Positions 1 through 12,250 of a stretch of 52,136 nucleotides of DNA are shown here, piece after piece. Where the stretch lies: NCBI GenBank assembly GCA_001724245.1, contig MEDX01000013.1, positions 1 to 52,136 on the forward strand. Direction: 5' to 3'. The notes below the pieces were generated by a model that did no database searches, was not told the DNA's origin, and saw nothing but the letters and a program-made list of their open reading frames with translations. A program made the translations under genes and the position numbers. Source of the stretch: Fonticula-like sp. SCN 57-25. Taxonomy: Eukaryota. How positions within the stretch are numbered: the stretch's first letter is position 1; each line of letters starts with the position of its first letter.

Positions 1-3000
1 TGCAGCAGCGCGCGCGCGTACGCCGTAATGAGCCGCTCGTCCGTGTCCAGCGGCGACATGTAACCGTCGCGGCCAAACGGCATTGGCGTCGCGTCGTCGC
101 CAAGCGAGCTCAGAACGTGAAGACTGGCGAGCAGCTGCGTCCAGATTGCCACGCGCAGGTCGGCCGGGAAGACCGTCTATGAGAAAAAAAGCGCATGAAA
201 ATGTCAGCAAAAAAGCCTTTATAATACGGTATTTAGAGGCACACGTTGAGGAGTGCGACGACGAGCCGCGCAAATGTAGGCTGGTGATAGGAAACGGCGG
301 CAAACTGCTTGACAAACTCGAGCGCGAGCGTCTGAAAGTTGAATGACCCGAGCTTGACGCCTCCCGTGGCGCTCTCGTCGCACTCGCCGCGCTTGAGCCA
401 GCTTCCAATGAGCGACGCGAGCAGCGGCTCAATGTAAGGCTTGAAGAAAATGTCGTCGCTGACGAGGAAAACGCGCATGAGCGCCATGATGCGCGCCGCC
501 GGCGGCAGCTCGCGCGTCACTTCGGGCAGCTCGCGCGTCATCCATGCGGCGAACGCGAGATTGGCACGCACCGCCTGCAAATCATCATCATTCTAGTGCG
601 AGCATGAGTCGACAATAAAAAGAAGCAATAAAGAAAAAGAGTCGAGAGACGCACCGCATCGGTCGGAACGGCGCCCGCGACGCACGCGTCAAACACAATC
701 TGAATTGGCCGAAAGACAAAGTCGGGCTGCGGCGGCGTCTTGAGCTCTGCGAGGTGGAACGTGAGGCTGCCGTCATAGTCTGGCGGGACTGTCGCGGTGC
801 GCATGGCGGCAACAACGGCGCTCGTGGCAAACGCGTTGGCCCACGACGGCTGGACAAACGCCTGCACGTCCTGGAACAGCGTGCGCTCGTGTGGCATCGC
901 GAGAATGGCAATGTACTCTGCGCGGTGCAGCATCTGCATGGCGGCGACGACGGCGCGCTCGTGGCCCGGCGGCGCGTCGCGCAGGACGCGCATCAATGTG
1001 CTAAAGAGGACGCGCGTAAAGTCGGCGTCCATGGCGGTCCACAGCGCGGCGCCCGCCTCATCGCACGCGGCCAGCCACGCCTGCTGGCTGTGCACGTGGC
1101 CGCCCGCGAGCGCGCGCACGCGCTTGGACGCGCCGAGGAGTGGGCGCAGCTCGGCCGACATGGCCGCCGCCAGCGAAAGCGTGTCCAGGAAGAGCGGCGA
1201 GCGCACAATCACGGCGAGCGAGGCGACAAGGCCGCGCGAAAGGCGGGAAAGCGCTTGCAAAAAGTCGAGCGCGCTGCCGACGGCGTCGTGAGGGGCGGAA
1301 CGGCGAAAAATGTGGCGCGCGGCGGCGGCAGCGTTGGGGCGGTACAGGCCGGGGAGCTGCATGTAGCCGCCGACAAAGCGGCCAAGCTGCGCAAGCGACG
1401 GGAAGGCGGGGGAAAGTAGAGAGGATGTCTCAGAGACGGCGCGGGCGGCCGACGCGGCGCGCGAAAGCAAAAGGGGTAGCCACGCGTTGGAGACATTAAC
1501 GGCAGAGTCCCAGAGCTCTTCCGCTTTGGGGGCAAAGTTGGGCGGTGCGTAAAAGGGGAGGCGCATCGCGACGCGGTGGCAGACGGCGGCAAAGTAAAGA
1601 CTCTGCGAGACAAGATACACGCCCCAAACATCACCTGTGCGGACCAATTAGAAAAAACAGTACGAGTCAAAGAGACAAGAGTTGACAACACACAAGAAAG
1701 ACGCAACGCCACACAACAATAAAACTATGCTAAGCGTACCGTCCGAGCGCAGCTGCCACGCTGAAGCAGGCATGTGCTGCACGACCTCGAGCGATCTCGC
1801 GAGCAGCGTCGTGAGCTGCGGCCACAGCGCCCCGCACCTGACGTGCTCCGGGAGCAGCGGCGCCACCGCCGTGTAATACCTCAACGTCGCGACCGCCACG
1901 CGGAGCGCCCCGACGGACGGCAGCGCACCTGCGCGCGCAGATGAAATCTCTGTCACAAAGCTCGTATTGAGCGCGTCGGTAAGGTCGCCAAACATGTCGG
2001 CGACGCGCGGGTACATTGCGAGCGCCTCGAGCAACAGCAGCGAGTGCACCTTGAGGGCGGCCGCGCGTTCGATATCTGCGGGCGACGCCGCAGCAGGCAG
2101 CGCTGCAATGATGTACCTCGAGACCGCGTGGACACCGCCGACCGCCACAAGCTCGTCGGCTGCCTTTGCTCCAGACTCTGCGATGGCACACATGACGTCG
2201 ATGGCGTGCGGGTTAGCGACAGACGCGGCGCCGAGCGCGGGCCACGGAACGGCGACGAACGCGTTGACAATCCCCTGAAGCAGACCCTGCGTCTTGATGA
2301 TGCCGGCGGCGGCGCCGGGCGAGTGGCGCGCGAGGCGGGCGAGCGTCTGCAGGAGAATGTCGGCGCCGTCAATCTCGCGCAGGAAATCGCGGTTCTGGAG
2401 CACGCGGCTGAGCGATTGGACGACGCCCGCGTGCAGCAGGTTGGCGATGAGGTCGGCGCCGAGGTCGACGGCGTCCTTTTGCGCGTTGGTGACGCCAAAC
2501 CAGAAGGAGAGCGGCGAGCGGCGCGTGAGGCGCCAGCGCAGCATCGTCTCTGCCTCGGCCGGCGAGCACACCAAAGCGTGCACAAGGCGCAGTGCGTGCA
2601 TCATGACGCTCTCGTTGCGGTCATTCAGCGCGTCGACGGCAAAGATGGTCACCATCGGGTCGCCGATAAAGTGGTCGACAAGGTGAACGCACGTCTGCTC
2701 ATCGTACGCGCCGGCCTTGATCGCGTCAACAATGTGGCGAAGGGCGCGGATCGCAATCACGCGCTGCGACGGGACGGCGCTACGCTGAAGCTGAGCAAGC
2801 TCATTGAGCGTGTAGCCGGGCTTGTCGGGCTGCTCGCCGTGGTGGTGCAGTGCGCCGTCCCCGGCACGGCCCTCCTCAACAAGGTGGCCGTCAAAGTCAA
2901 ACCGAAGCGCGACCACAAGCGCCTCGCCACTCGAACGCTCGCGCAGCATGTCCTCAAAGCGCGCCGCGCTCGCTTCGTCGTCCGTCGCGGAAAAGATGCC

Positions 3001-4093
3001 ACTCGAGATGGCGCCGACCGTGGGCGCGTTCGGCGCGGCGGCCTTTTTCGGCGGGAGGGGAAGCGTCCACGCGAGCTTGGACGACTCGACGGTGATTCCG
3101 CGGAACCACTTTTCGTGGTCGGGAACAAGATTATGAAGCTCCTTGCGCACAGCGTCCTCGAGGGACTGCTCGGCAGCGCGGTCGTCCTCGGCGGGCTGGG
3201 CGGGTGCGGGCCCGGGCGCCGTCGCACTGGAAGGCGCACTAGAAGGAGCATCGGACGGCGCATCGGCAGCAGGGGCAGCCTTGAAGCGCCGAATTCCTTT
3301 CAACAAAGCGTCAACATATAATAAAAACCTCTTTCTGCGTACCGTGACGCTTAATTGACTCGATCATTTGAGGGGAGAGAATGTGGGCAATGTCGTCCTG
3401 GGCGCTCTCAATTTCGTCGAGCGACATTGAGTCAACGCGCCGCTCATTCTCCTCGTGAATCTTTCTATGCTCCTCCTCTTCGGGCGTCTCCTTGACAGCA
3501 CTCTTTGGCGCGGAGGCGGCCGCGCGGCCAAGTGCAGGCGCCTTGCGGGCCGACATGGCGGCGGGAAAACCGCCCGACGTGACGGGCGCAGGCGCGGCCT
3601 TGATCGACGGCGCCTGCGGTGCCTCTGTCGGCCACGACTCCAACACATCCGAAATAAGAGAATTCGTGGCGGGCACTGGGGGCTGCACGGAGCGCGTGCG
3701 TGGCTTTTCGGGCGCCTCGCCGGCGGCGGCGGGCTTGGCGGCAAACTGCTTGGCAAACCGCGACTGGCGAGGCGGCGCAGCGGCGGGATTCTTTGGGACC
3801 ATTCGCGCGGACGGCTCCTGTCCGCTCTTCATAAAGTCTTCCTGCACGCGCAACAGCTCGTCCTCGTTTTTTACGGAAAGAGACTCGCGCGCGACGGGTT
3901 CATCGGCATCCGCAACGATCGGCGGAGGCTCGCGCCGCTTAGATGATGCGGCCACCGGGGGGGGTCGCGACGAAACGGCGCGAGCGGCGGGCGCCTCTCC
4001 GCTCTTTTTAAACTCGTCCTGAAACTGAAGCAGGCCTTCCTCATCGTCGCCATGCAGCGCCGGTCGAATTCGAGGCTCATCCTGGCCGCTCAT
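1..4093 (-). CDS. RPAP1: RNA polymerase II-associated protein 1 (RPAP1/Rba50) homolog; 3' end runs off the window
   Basis: N-terminal motif IHEENERRVDSMSLDEIESAQDDI and RPAP1_C motif LRFDFDG...LHHHGEQPDKPGYTLNELAQLQRSAVPSQR. GT-AG introns 3297-3342, 1635-1739, 575-654 and 177-244 join the ORF pieces in frame. ATG at 4093. Confidence 0.9.
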
Positions 4094-4232
4094 GATGTAC
4101 AACGCACGCGACGCCGTGTGTCAGCAGCAATCAGAATGCTGACTGTACAATCTGCTATTCGGCATGGCGTCAACCTGGCGGGAAACGCGAAACACGACAT
4201 TGTGACAGTCATATATATAGTTTATTCAAAAT

Positions 4233-5722
4233 TTACAACTTTTTTGACAAAAATGTGCGCCCCGCCATGTAGGGATGAAGACAAGCGGGCAAATCTACGC
4301 GCTTTCCGTCCTCGCTGGCGCCGTTCTCGATCAGTGCAAGGATGATGCGCGGCACAGCGCACGCGGTGCCGTTCAGCGTATGCACAAAGCGAGTGGGGCT
4401 TGGTCGCTCGCCCGCCTGCGTCGGCCGATAGCGAATATTTAGCCGCCGGCTCTGATAGTCAATGCAATTGGACGCGCTTGAAATCTCGCCGTAGCCGCCG
4501 CGGCCGGGCATCCACGCCTCAAAGTCAATCTTGCGGTACGCCGACGCGCCCAGATCGTCTACCGGCATGTCGAGCACCCTGGGTGGCGCACTCTGCGTCA
4601 GACATGCAACCAACTAAAACTTCGAAAAAGCGTACTGGTAGTGCAGGCCGAGGTCGTCAAAGATGGACCGCTGAATATCCGTGATCTCTTGGAGGGCCGC
4701 CTCGTCGTCCTCTGCCCGTGAAATGTTAAAGAGCTCCACCTTGGAAAACTGGTGCACGCGGTACAGCCCGCGGCTCTCCTGACCGTACGAGCCGACCTCG
4801 CGGCGGAAGCAGTGCGAGATCCCCACCATCTTGATCGGCAGTTCGGCCTCGGCGAGGATCGTGTCCGAGTACATGCCCGCCAGCGGGATTTCAGATGTCG
4901 CGATAAGGCACGAGCTCGGCGCGTCGGGCGCGCTCCCCGACTGCTCAATGGCGTACATTTGCGACGCGTCGCCGCGGGGCTGATAGCCGGTGCTGCAAGC
5001 GAGGTTAGTGATCCGCGATCCACGAGCACGTGGCCGTACCCTACAGCGATGCTCGTGTAGACGAGATCAGGCGTGATGATCGGGACGTATCCGCGCTCGA
5101 TCGCCTTTGAAACGGCAAAATTGATGAGTGCAAGCTCTAAAAGCGCGCCGTCGCCCTTCATGAAGCAGAACCGGCTGCCCGACACCTTTGCGGCGCTGGC
5201 AAAGTCAACGAGGCCGAGATCCTGCGCGATCGCCAGATGGTCCACCGTCTTTGGCGTGCTGGGCTTGACGCCGCGCTCCTCGATTACTCTTGGCCGCTCC
5301 CCCGGGCCGGGCACGTCGGGGTGAACCCAGTTGGGAAGCTTGGAGGCCTCCGCCGACAGGCGTGCAACCAGGTCGGTCGTGCGCGCAGTGACATCGGACT
5401 GCTCGGCCTTTAGCAAGCGACCTGCCTCCTTGAGCGCCTCGCGACGGCCCGCGTCGCGCGATTTCTTCATTTCCTCGCCCGTCAGGGTGCGGTTCTGCTG
5501 GATCTCGTCCCAGTGTGTCCGCGCTTGCACGTACTGCTCGTATAGGTCGAGCACGGCGACGGGATCGCCCTGCGCGTTGCGCCGAGCAATGTTGCTCGTC
5601 ATCTCTTCCCTGCGCTCCTTGAGCAGCTTAAAGTCAAAGCGGGGGAGTGCAGCTATGTGCCGCACGCCGCTGCGCGCGACCGCCGCCGACGCGCCCCGCA
5701 ATTGCAAGCAGAGGGCCTGCAT
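4233..5722 (-). CDS. SARS2: Seryl-tRNA synthetase, mitochondrial type
   Basis: Class II motifs [36 protein letters not shown] and [12 protein letters not shown]. Arg/Ala-rich N-terminus resembles a presequence. Introns 4993-5039 and 4579-4635. Confidence 0.93.
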
Positions 5723-5775
5723 GCCGGAGCCGAGCCGGGTGGGAAACCAGCGCGGGAGAACGTGACAGAATCAAT

Positions 5776-5810
5776 CTGATTCCCGCTGATTCGTCTGATT
5801 TTCCCTGATT
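5776..5810. promoter_or_regulatory. Array of four CTGATT (AATCAG) motifs in a 120-bp divergent promoter
   Basis: CTGATT starts at 5776, 5786, 5795 and 5805, between the ATGs at 5722(-) and 5843(+). Confidence 0.55.
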
Positions 5811-5842
5811 TGGGTTTGCGAATTTGCGCGCGAAAACCGGCG

Positions 5843-6117
5843 ATGGGCGACGCGCCGTCGACAGAGGCGCTTCGGCATGCCGTGCAGGTGACGGCAAGCA
5901 TGGCAGACAGTCTGAGTAGGGCAAATGACAACATTGAACGGTACGCATTGGAGGCATGCCGTCTGGCGCTGACCGATTGCAGGCTTTTGCAAAACAAGGA
6001 TGCGGTGCAGCGGCTCGCGGCGGCCCTCGAGGTACGGAGAGCATCTATTCGTGTTTGCCGTGTACTCACGCTATGCTTTGCATGCAGGACAACCGCAACA
6101 AGCCAGGAAGGCGGTAG
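5843..6117 (+). CDS. Small helical hypothetical protein, 72 aa
   Basis: ATG 5843, intron 6032-6087 (GTACGG...CTCAC...GCAG), stop TAG 6115-6117. Sequence MGDAPSTEALRHAVQV...RLAAALEDNRNKPGRR. Fills the gap between two genes with a typical intron. Confidence 0.65.
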
Positions 6118-6171
6118 ATATTCAACAATGTATAGTATATTCCGAATTTACAATAATGTACAACGAAGAGT

Positions 6172-8240
6172 CTATTTTTTCGTTCGCGCCCAGTACCTGC
6201 TCAGGAGTGTGTCGCTCGTCCCCAAGTCCACCTGCGGCGCCGGTATGTTTTGCAGCTCGAGCGTCTGCCGCTTCCTTGGCCGCGGCGACGCTGACGGGTC
6301 GTCGGGGTCCGCTGCGGCAGAAGCGTGTTCATTGTTGCGGTCCCCCGAAAGCAAATCATCGCGCTCGCGCTGCGTCATTCCGCCCATGTCCCTGACCACG
6401 GCCATTGCATCGCCCGCGCTGGTGTCGCCTGCCGACCTTGCACCCGCCTCAGAAAGCCGCGTCGGCGGCTCTGTCTTGTATAGCAACTCGACCTGCCGCT
6501 TGCACCGCTCCTCCACGTACAGCGCCGCCTTGTTCTGCTGGGCCGGCGACGCCCACCGCACGGCCGCCGCCCCGAGCTCCTTCCAAAAAGGCGCGGACCG
6601 CGGCGCCTCCCTGCTGTCACACACCGCCTCAATAAGCAGCTTGGCCGCCTTGCCCTGCAGCACACGGATCGCCTTTGCCGCATTGTCATTATCGGACGGC
6701 GAGACCGTGGCCGACACGAGGATCTTTTGAAGCTGCTCGAGCGCCTCGCGGATGACCGAGTCGCTGTTCAGCAGCGACGGCAAGATGCTGCTTGTACTAC
6801 TCTCTAGCAGTGGCGCCGTGGCGCGCCGCAGCTGCTCGCCGCGCGCCTCAGTGAGCTCGCGCAGCAGCGCTGCACTGGCGGCGTCGGCCTCGCCCGGGAC
6901 AATTGCCGGCGCGACGGGCATCGTCGGCAGCATGGCGCTGCGCGTGAGCGCCTCAAGCTCGCGAACCATCCATGACGACACAGGCGCTGCTGGCGCGCTG
7001 CTCGCGGCGGGCAGCGGCGCCCTGAACAGGCATCGGATGACGAGCTGCTGCGGGCCGTCCGGGCGCGACCCTGGCGCCGACGCGCTCTGGATGAGGTGCG
7101 ACACGTACGTCGTCTGGTCGGCGGCGGTGCGCACGCACGCCACCGTGTTGCCGTTCATGACGTACCGCACGAGCACCTGCGTCGGGCTGGCGTCGGGCGC
7201 GAGCGGCGTCAGGCGGTGGACGCACCGCGTCCCGCACGCGTCGATCGCGCCGGCGACGCTCGAGCCCCACGTGAGCGAGAGGTCTGACGCGTCGTCGTGC
7301 ATAAAGTGCTGCGCGAGCGGGTGGAGAAGAACTACATCGTACGAGCGCCTCGCGGGCGCGTCCTTTTGCTTGGTCTTCATCGGGATGTCGCCGAGGACAA
7401 GCCGGCGGAGGCGCAGGTGCTCGACGGCAAGCGAGATGAAAGCAGAGGGGACCGCCGAAGGGTGCGCCACGTGCGATACATGGCGAAAGGACGGCGAAAG
7501 CTGGCGCACGGTGGGGTCGCTCGCCGCGGCATCGCGCGAAATGGCTTTATCGAGGGAGAGTGTGACGAGCTCGCAGTGGCCAGGAAGGCGGCGGTTTGCG
7601 AGCGCGAGGCGCAGGGTCTCGCAGAGTGCAGCTGCGTCTTCAGCCGACGCGACGGGGCAGACAACGCGCGTCCACAAGGGAAGGCCGGCGGGGTCGTCGG
7701 TGCCGCTCCCGGGCTCCTCGAGGGCCTCGACGATCGACCGAACACAGTCGTCAATCGCGGCAGGCGAGGGGTCAAAGTCCATAATTGAGCGAAGGGTCTA
7801 TGTAGTATATTAGCAAAGCAACAATGAGCACGCGATAAACACATAGAAAGAAACAATAGAGCACACCAGCACCAGTCGCCATCAACATTATCACCATCAC
7901 CATCACATCACCATCATGATCGATCTCACCTCCAGAAGCAACAACAACGTCAACAGTATCAATGATAAGGTTCGTACCTGGTCATAGGCCTGCCGCCCAG
8001 GCGTCCAGTCGCTCAATGTCAGCGTGACCACCCCTGCGAGCATCAGCCCGACCGAGAGGTCTTTGACACCAGGTCGTTTGCGATGCGCAGGTACTCGAGC
8101 AGCCCCTCCACCGTGGCCGCCCACGCCGAGCGCTTCACCGGCGCCTCATCCCCGTCCTGCCCTGACGGCGCGGACGAGGCGTCCTGCTCGAGGAGCGCTC
8201 GCTGCGGCCACCCCACAAGCAGGGTCCGCAGCGCTGACAT
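6172..8240 (-). CDS. INTS13: Integrator complex subunit 13 (Asunder) homolog, with an apparent frameshift near 8062-8064
   Basis: Motifs RSAWAATVEGLLEYLRIANDL, LSDWTPGRQ, GDIPMK...SYDVVLLH, HRLTP...PTQVLVRYVMNG and C-terminal TLLSRYW parallel recalled INTS13 motifs (KSLWTCSVESSMEYCRI; NIPMKEEQ..NYDVELLH; RISP..PSSCLTNFLLNG). Intron about 7798-7977. Confidence 0.8.
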
Positions 8241-8341
8241 CGTATTCTCTCGAGGGGCAGCTCGCTTTGGTGACAGTATTTTCTTGAGGGGCACCCCGAT
8301 TTGGTGAGTCACTTCCACGAGGCACGGCACCTGCTTGAAAG

Positions 8342-10359
8342 ATGGCGGAACTGTTCGGCACGGACTACTTCCGCGACAAGATCGCGGACAAGCTCAAGGC
8401 GGCTTTCCCGCAGGCCACCAAGGAGCAGCTCTATGACATGATCGAGATCCCCAACAAGGTGGACAACGGCGACCTGTCGCTCCCGCTGCCCAAGCTCAAC
8501 AAGGTCTTCAAGGTCGGCAACCCGGCCCAGGCCGCGGCGGCCGCTGCCGCTACCGTGCGCCTTTTTCGCCTTTTTCGCCTTCGTTTAATACTCACACATA
8601 CTCCAGTTCACTGCCGACGAGGAGATCACCTCCTGCGAGGCCGGCGGTCCGTTCCTCAACTTTAGGATCAACAAGGCGATCCTGGTCCAGCGCACGGTCA
8701 AGTCGGTGCTCGAGAGCGGGTCCAACTTTGGCAACTCGACCATGGTGCGTTAACAAGTTATTTTTTGCCGCCCCCGCGTGCTTACTTGAATGTGGCTTTT
8801 CTAGGGCAATGGCAAGACGATTGTGGTCGAGTACAGCTCGCCCAACATCGCCAAGCCCTTCCACGCCGGCCATCTGCGCTCGACCATCATCGGCTGCTTC
8901 ATCGCCAACCTTCACGAGAAGCTCGGCTACAAGGTCGTCCGCATCAACTACCTCGGCGACTGGGGCAAGCAGTACGGCCTCCTGGCCGTCGGCTACGAGC
9001 GCTTTGGTAGCGAGGAGAAGCTGGAGGCCGACCCCATTCGCCACCTCTTTGACGTCTACGTCAGCGTCAACGTACGCCCGAACTCGCCGCCGTCCATTTG
9101 ACTCACTTTTTTTGCAGAAACTGGCGGAGCAGGTGAAGGAGGAGACTGGCGAGGACACGATCAACGACCAGGCGCGCGACTACTTTAGGCTGATGGAGGA
9201 GAACGACCCGACCGCCATGGCGCTCTGGAAGCGCTTCCGCGACCTTTCCATCACCAAGTACCACGAAATCTACGACCGCCTGAACGTGCGCTTTGACGTG
9301 TACTCTGGCGAGTCGCTGTACGGCGAGGGCATGAAGGTGATCCTCAAGGCGCTCGAGGAGAAGGGCATCACGCAGGACGACGGCGGCGCGAGCATCATCG
9401 ACCTCGGCAACCTCGGCAAGACCATTGTCCGCAAGAAGAACGGTGCGTACTTTTGGCGCGAAAGCGGCAGAATGTACTAATGATTCGTGTGCAGGCACGA
9501 CGCTGTACATCACCCGCGACATTGCCGCGGCCGTCGCGCGCTACGAAGAGTACAAGTTTGACCAGATGTTTTACGTTGTCGCCGCGCAGCAGGAGCTCCA
9601 CTTCCGCCAGCTCTTTGCCGTGCTTGACCGGATGGGCCACGGCGACCTTGCGAAAAAGTGCCAGCACGTTTCCTTTGGCATGGTGCAGGGCATGTCGACC
9701 CGCAAGGGTACGGTCGTCTTCCTCGAGGACATTCTCCAGGAGGCCGCCAACGTCATGCACGAGGTCATGCAGCGCAACCCCGAAAAGTACGCGCAGATCG
9801 AGGACCCCGCCAAGGTCGCCGACATTGTCGGCATGTCCGCCGTGACCGCGCAGGACATGGGCGCGCGCCGCATCAAGGACTACACGTTCGACTGGGCCCG
9901 CATGACCAACTTTGAGGGCGACACGGGACCTTACCTCCAGTTTGCGCACGCCCGCATCTGCTCTATCGAGCGCAAGATCGAGCAGTCCATCCCGGCAGAG
10001 ACCCTTTTGGTACGTTTTTTGATGCTTTTTTATAAAAAGATTTCTCTTCTCTGACGCTTTTCTATGCATAGACTGCCGACTTTGGCCTTCTTGCGGAGCC
10101 GTCGGCCGTCGCGCTCGCCGAGACCATTTCGCGGTACCCCGCCCTGCTCAAGCTCGCGCTCACCAACGTCGAGCCCAACACGGTCATGACGTACGCCATG
10201 CAGCTCGCTCACAGCATCTCGGCGGCGCTCGACGTCCTCCGCGTCGTCGGCGCAGAGGCCGAGGTCGCTCGCGCTCGCGCTGCTCTTTTCAAGGCGGCCC
10301 GCATCACGCTCAGCTCGGCGCTCGAGATGGTTTGCATGCGCCCCCTTGAGCGCATGTAA
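8342..10359 (+). CDS. RARS: Arginyl-tRNA synthetase
   Basis: [20 protein letters not shown] (HIGH region), [29 protein letters not shown], ending LERM*. Introns 8555-8606, 8745-8804, 9072-9117, 9443-9494 and 10010-10071. Confidence 0.95.
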
Positions 10360-10516
10360 ATTTTCGTTCTGTTGTTGTGGGTGCAGCGGTGCTAGAGCGC
10401 TGATTGCAATCGCAATCAAAACCAATAAAAACCATTTCGTTTCGTCATTCATAGATTCCATTGTTGTTCTCATTGTCATTATCAGAAATGTACGCATTAT
10501 ACACAAAATCGGCGCC

Positions 10517-12250
10517 TTAATCGGCCTTGTCGCCGCTGGCCGTCGCCAAGAGCCCCTTGAGGATGTTGAGCTGCGCCGTCGCCCACCGCGCAACCGATCT
10601 GCGCCACGAGGCCTCGCCATCCTTTTCTCGCTTCTCCTTTCCGTCACCCTCCTCATCCTCATTCTCGCCCACGGCGCGCTCGGGCGGCGCCGGCAGCGCC
10701 TGCAGCACCGCGCGGTACTCTTCAAAGTACGTTTTGATGACTGTTTGCTTTTGGAAAAAGTCGTACCCCGGCCCGCCCGCGCGCTTCCACGCGTTCATCC
10801 AGCCGAGCATCCTCGTGGCGCCGACGAGCTGCCGCGCGTCCTCGACCGACGACCAGATCGACTCTGGCGGACCCGTGACGGTCGCAGCGGCGGTGCGCAT
10901 GACGTCGCGCACGAGCAGCGCGGCCGTGTTAAAGTGCGCCTTTCTGTCGATCCCCGCCGCGTCGGCGCCGGGCATGGTCGCCGCGAGCAGAGCCCACATG
11001 GCGTGCTGCGGAGCGTCGTCGGCCCGCGTGAGAAGCAGGGCAAGGTCGAGCAGGCCGGGGATGCGCGCGCAGTACTCGAGCAGGCGCGGCAGTGCAACAG
11101 CACCCGTGAGAAGGGCCTGAAGGGCGTCGAGGCGCGACCGCGCAGGGGCGGCATTGTCAAACACAACCGACAGCAGACGCTTGGCCGCCGCCACCCCGCG
11201 GTCCGCCGCAGCCGCCGACGTCGCCGACGTGCACGCCATGCACGTGAGGCCAAACACGGCAGGCCCGCCGGTCGAAGCGTGAAAGTGGCTCTCGGGGAGC
11301 TCGCAAATAAGCGCGAAAATGTCGGCGTGCTGTGCAGCGAGGAGGCGACGCGAGACGCTCGGCGAGTCAATCCGACGAAGCCGGACGAGAATTGCAGTGT
11401 GGATTGCGTCCACGTGGTCGGAAGGGAGCGACGCACGGGCGGCCCCTGCTATCCGCAGCGCCGACGCAAGGGCAGCGGCTCCCGTGTCGGGCTGCGACAG
11501 GCATCCGAGAAGGATCGACGTGTACTTTAGCGTGATCTCGCCGCGCGTCGACTCGGAGAGGTGCGCGTGCTCGCACGCCGCGAGTGCCACGCGGGCGGCG
11601 AGATCAACGTCAGCGGCCTGCGCGCCGTTTAAGAGGACAAGTGAGTAGGCGTCGGTGGCGGCACGGTGGTGCAGGACGCTTAACAGATCGTCCAGCTTGG
11701 CGGAAAGAAGCTGCCACGAGGCGGACCGGTCGTCCTTTGCAGCCTGCAGCGCAAGAGGAAGCGCAGGCTCGTCAGAAGGCACAGGCGGAGGCGAATCGTC
11801 CATCGACTCGAACACAAAGTCGTCGTCATCTTCCTCGGCAGCAAGCGTCAGCTCCTCCATCGCGGCATCAAGGTCGGTCGCCTCCTCGACATTGTCATTA
11901 TGGTCGACCTCGGGCTCCTCGACCGCCTCAACGTAGTACGCAAGTGCGTCTGCCGCGTCAGCCAGCGGGAGGCCAAGCAGCGAAAGCATCCACTTTCCTT
12001 TGAGGGCCCACAGCGCCCGCATGCTCGCTGATCCCTGCTCGGCGGCCGCCTGGCTCGGCGCCTCATCGCCGATCCCCCGCCGCGCGGCATAGTCGAGCCC
12101 CGCCACGCTCCTCCTCGACAGCGGCAGCGCCTTTGCCTGCTCATCGAGCGCGCGCTCGAGCGCCGCAAGGTCGTCGTCCTCGACCATCGGCATGTCGAAC
12201 GCGAGGAGCCGCAGCACCTCGCCCGGCGCCATCGCTCGCCGCCCTGCCAT
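10517..12250 (-). CDS. Hypothetical protein, about 577 aa, intronless, helical with acidic tracts
   Basis: Long ORF with genic codon usage and an AT-rich 3' flank. Probable start MAGRRAMAP at 12250. No family recognised. Confidence 0.7.
   Translation of the reverse strand: MAGRRAMAPGEVLRLLAFDMPMVEDDDLAALERALDEQAKALPLSRRSVAGLDYAARRGIGDEAPSQAAAEQGSASMRALWALKGKWMLSLLGLPLADAADALAYYVEAVEEPEVDHNDNVEEATDLDAAMEELTLAAEEDDDDFVFESMDDSPPPVPSDEPALPLALQAAKDDRSASWQLLSAKLDDLLSVLHHRAATDAYSLVLLNGAQAADVDLAARVALAACEHAHLSESTRGEITLKYTSILLGCLSQPDTGAAALASALRIAGAARASLPSDHVDAIHTAILVRLRRIDSPSVSRRLLAAQHADIFALICELPESHFHASTGGPAVFGLTCMACTSATSAAAADRGVAAAKRLLSVVFDNAAPARSRLDALQALLTGAVALPRLLEYCARIPGLLDLALLLTRADDAPQHAMWALLAATMPGADAAGIDRKAHFNTAALLVRDVMRTAAATVTGPPESIWSSVEDARQLVGATRMLGWMNAWKRAGGPGYDFFQKQTVIKTYFEEYRAVLQALPAPPERAVGENEDEEGDGKEKREKDGEASWRRSVARWATAQLNILKGLLATASGDKAD

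Noticed and set aside
8035..8070. 36-nt GTGTCA...CTGAT...GCAG intron as a fix for the INTS13 frame break
   Set aside because: Its length is 3n, so it still leads to an in-frame TGA, and the donor does not match the local consensus.
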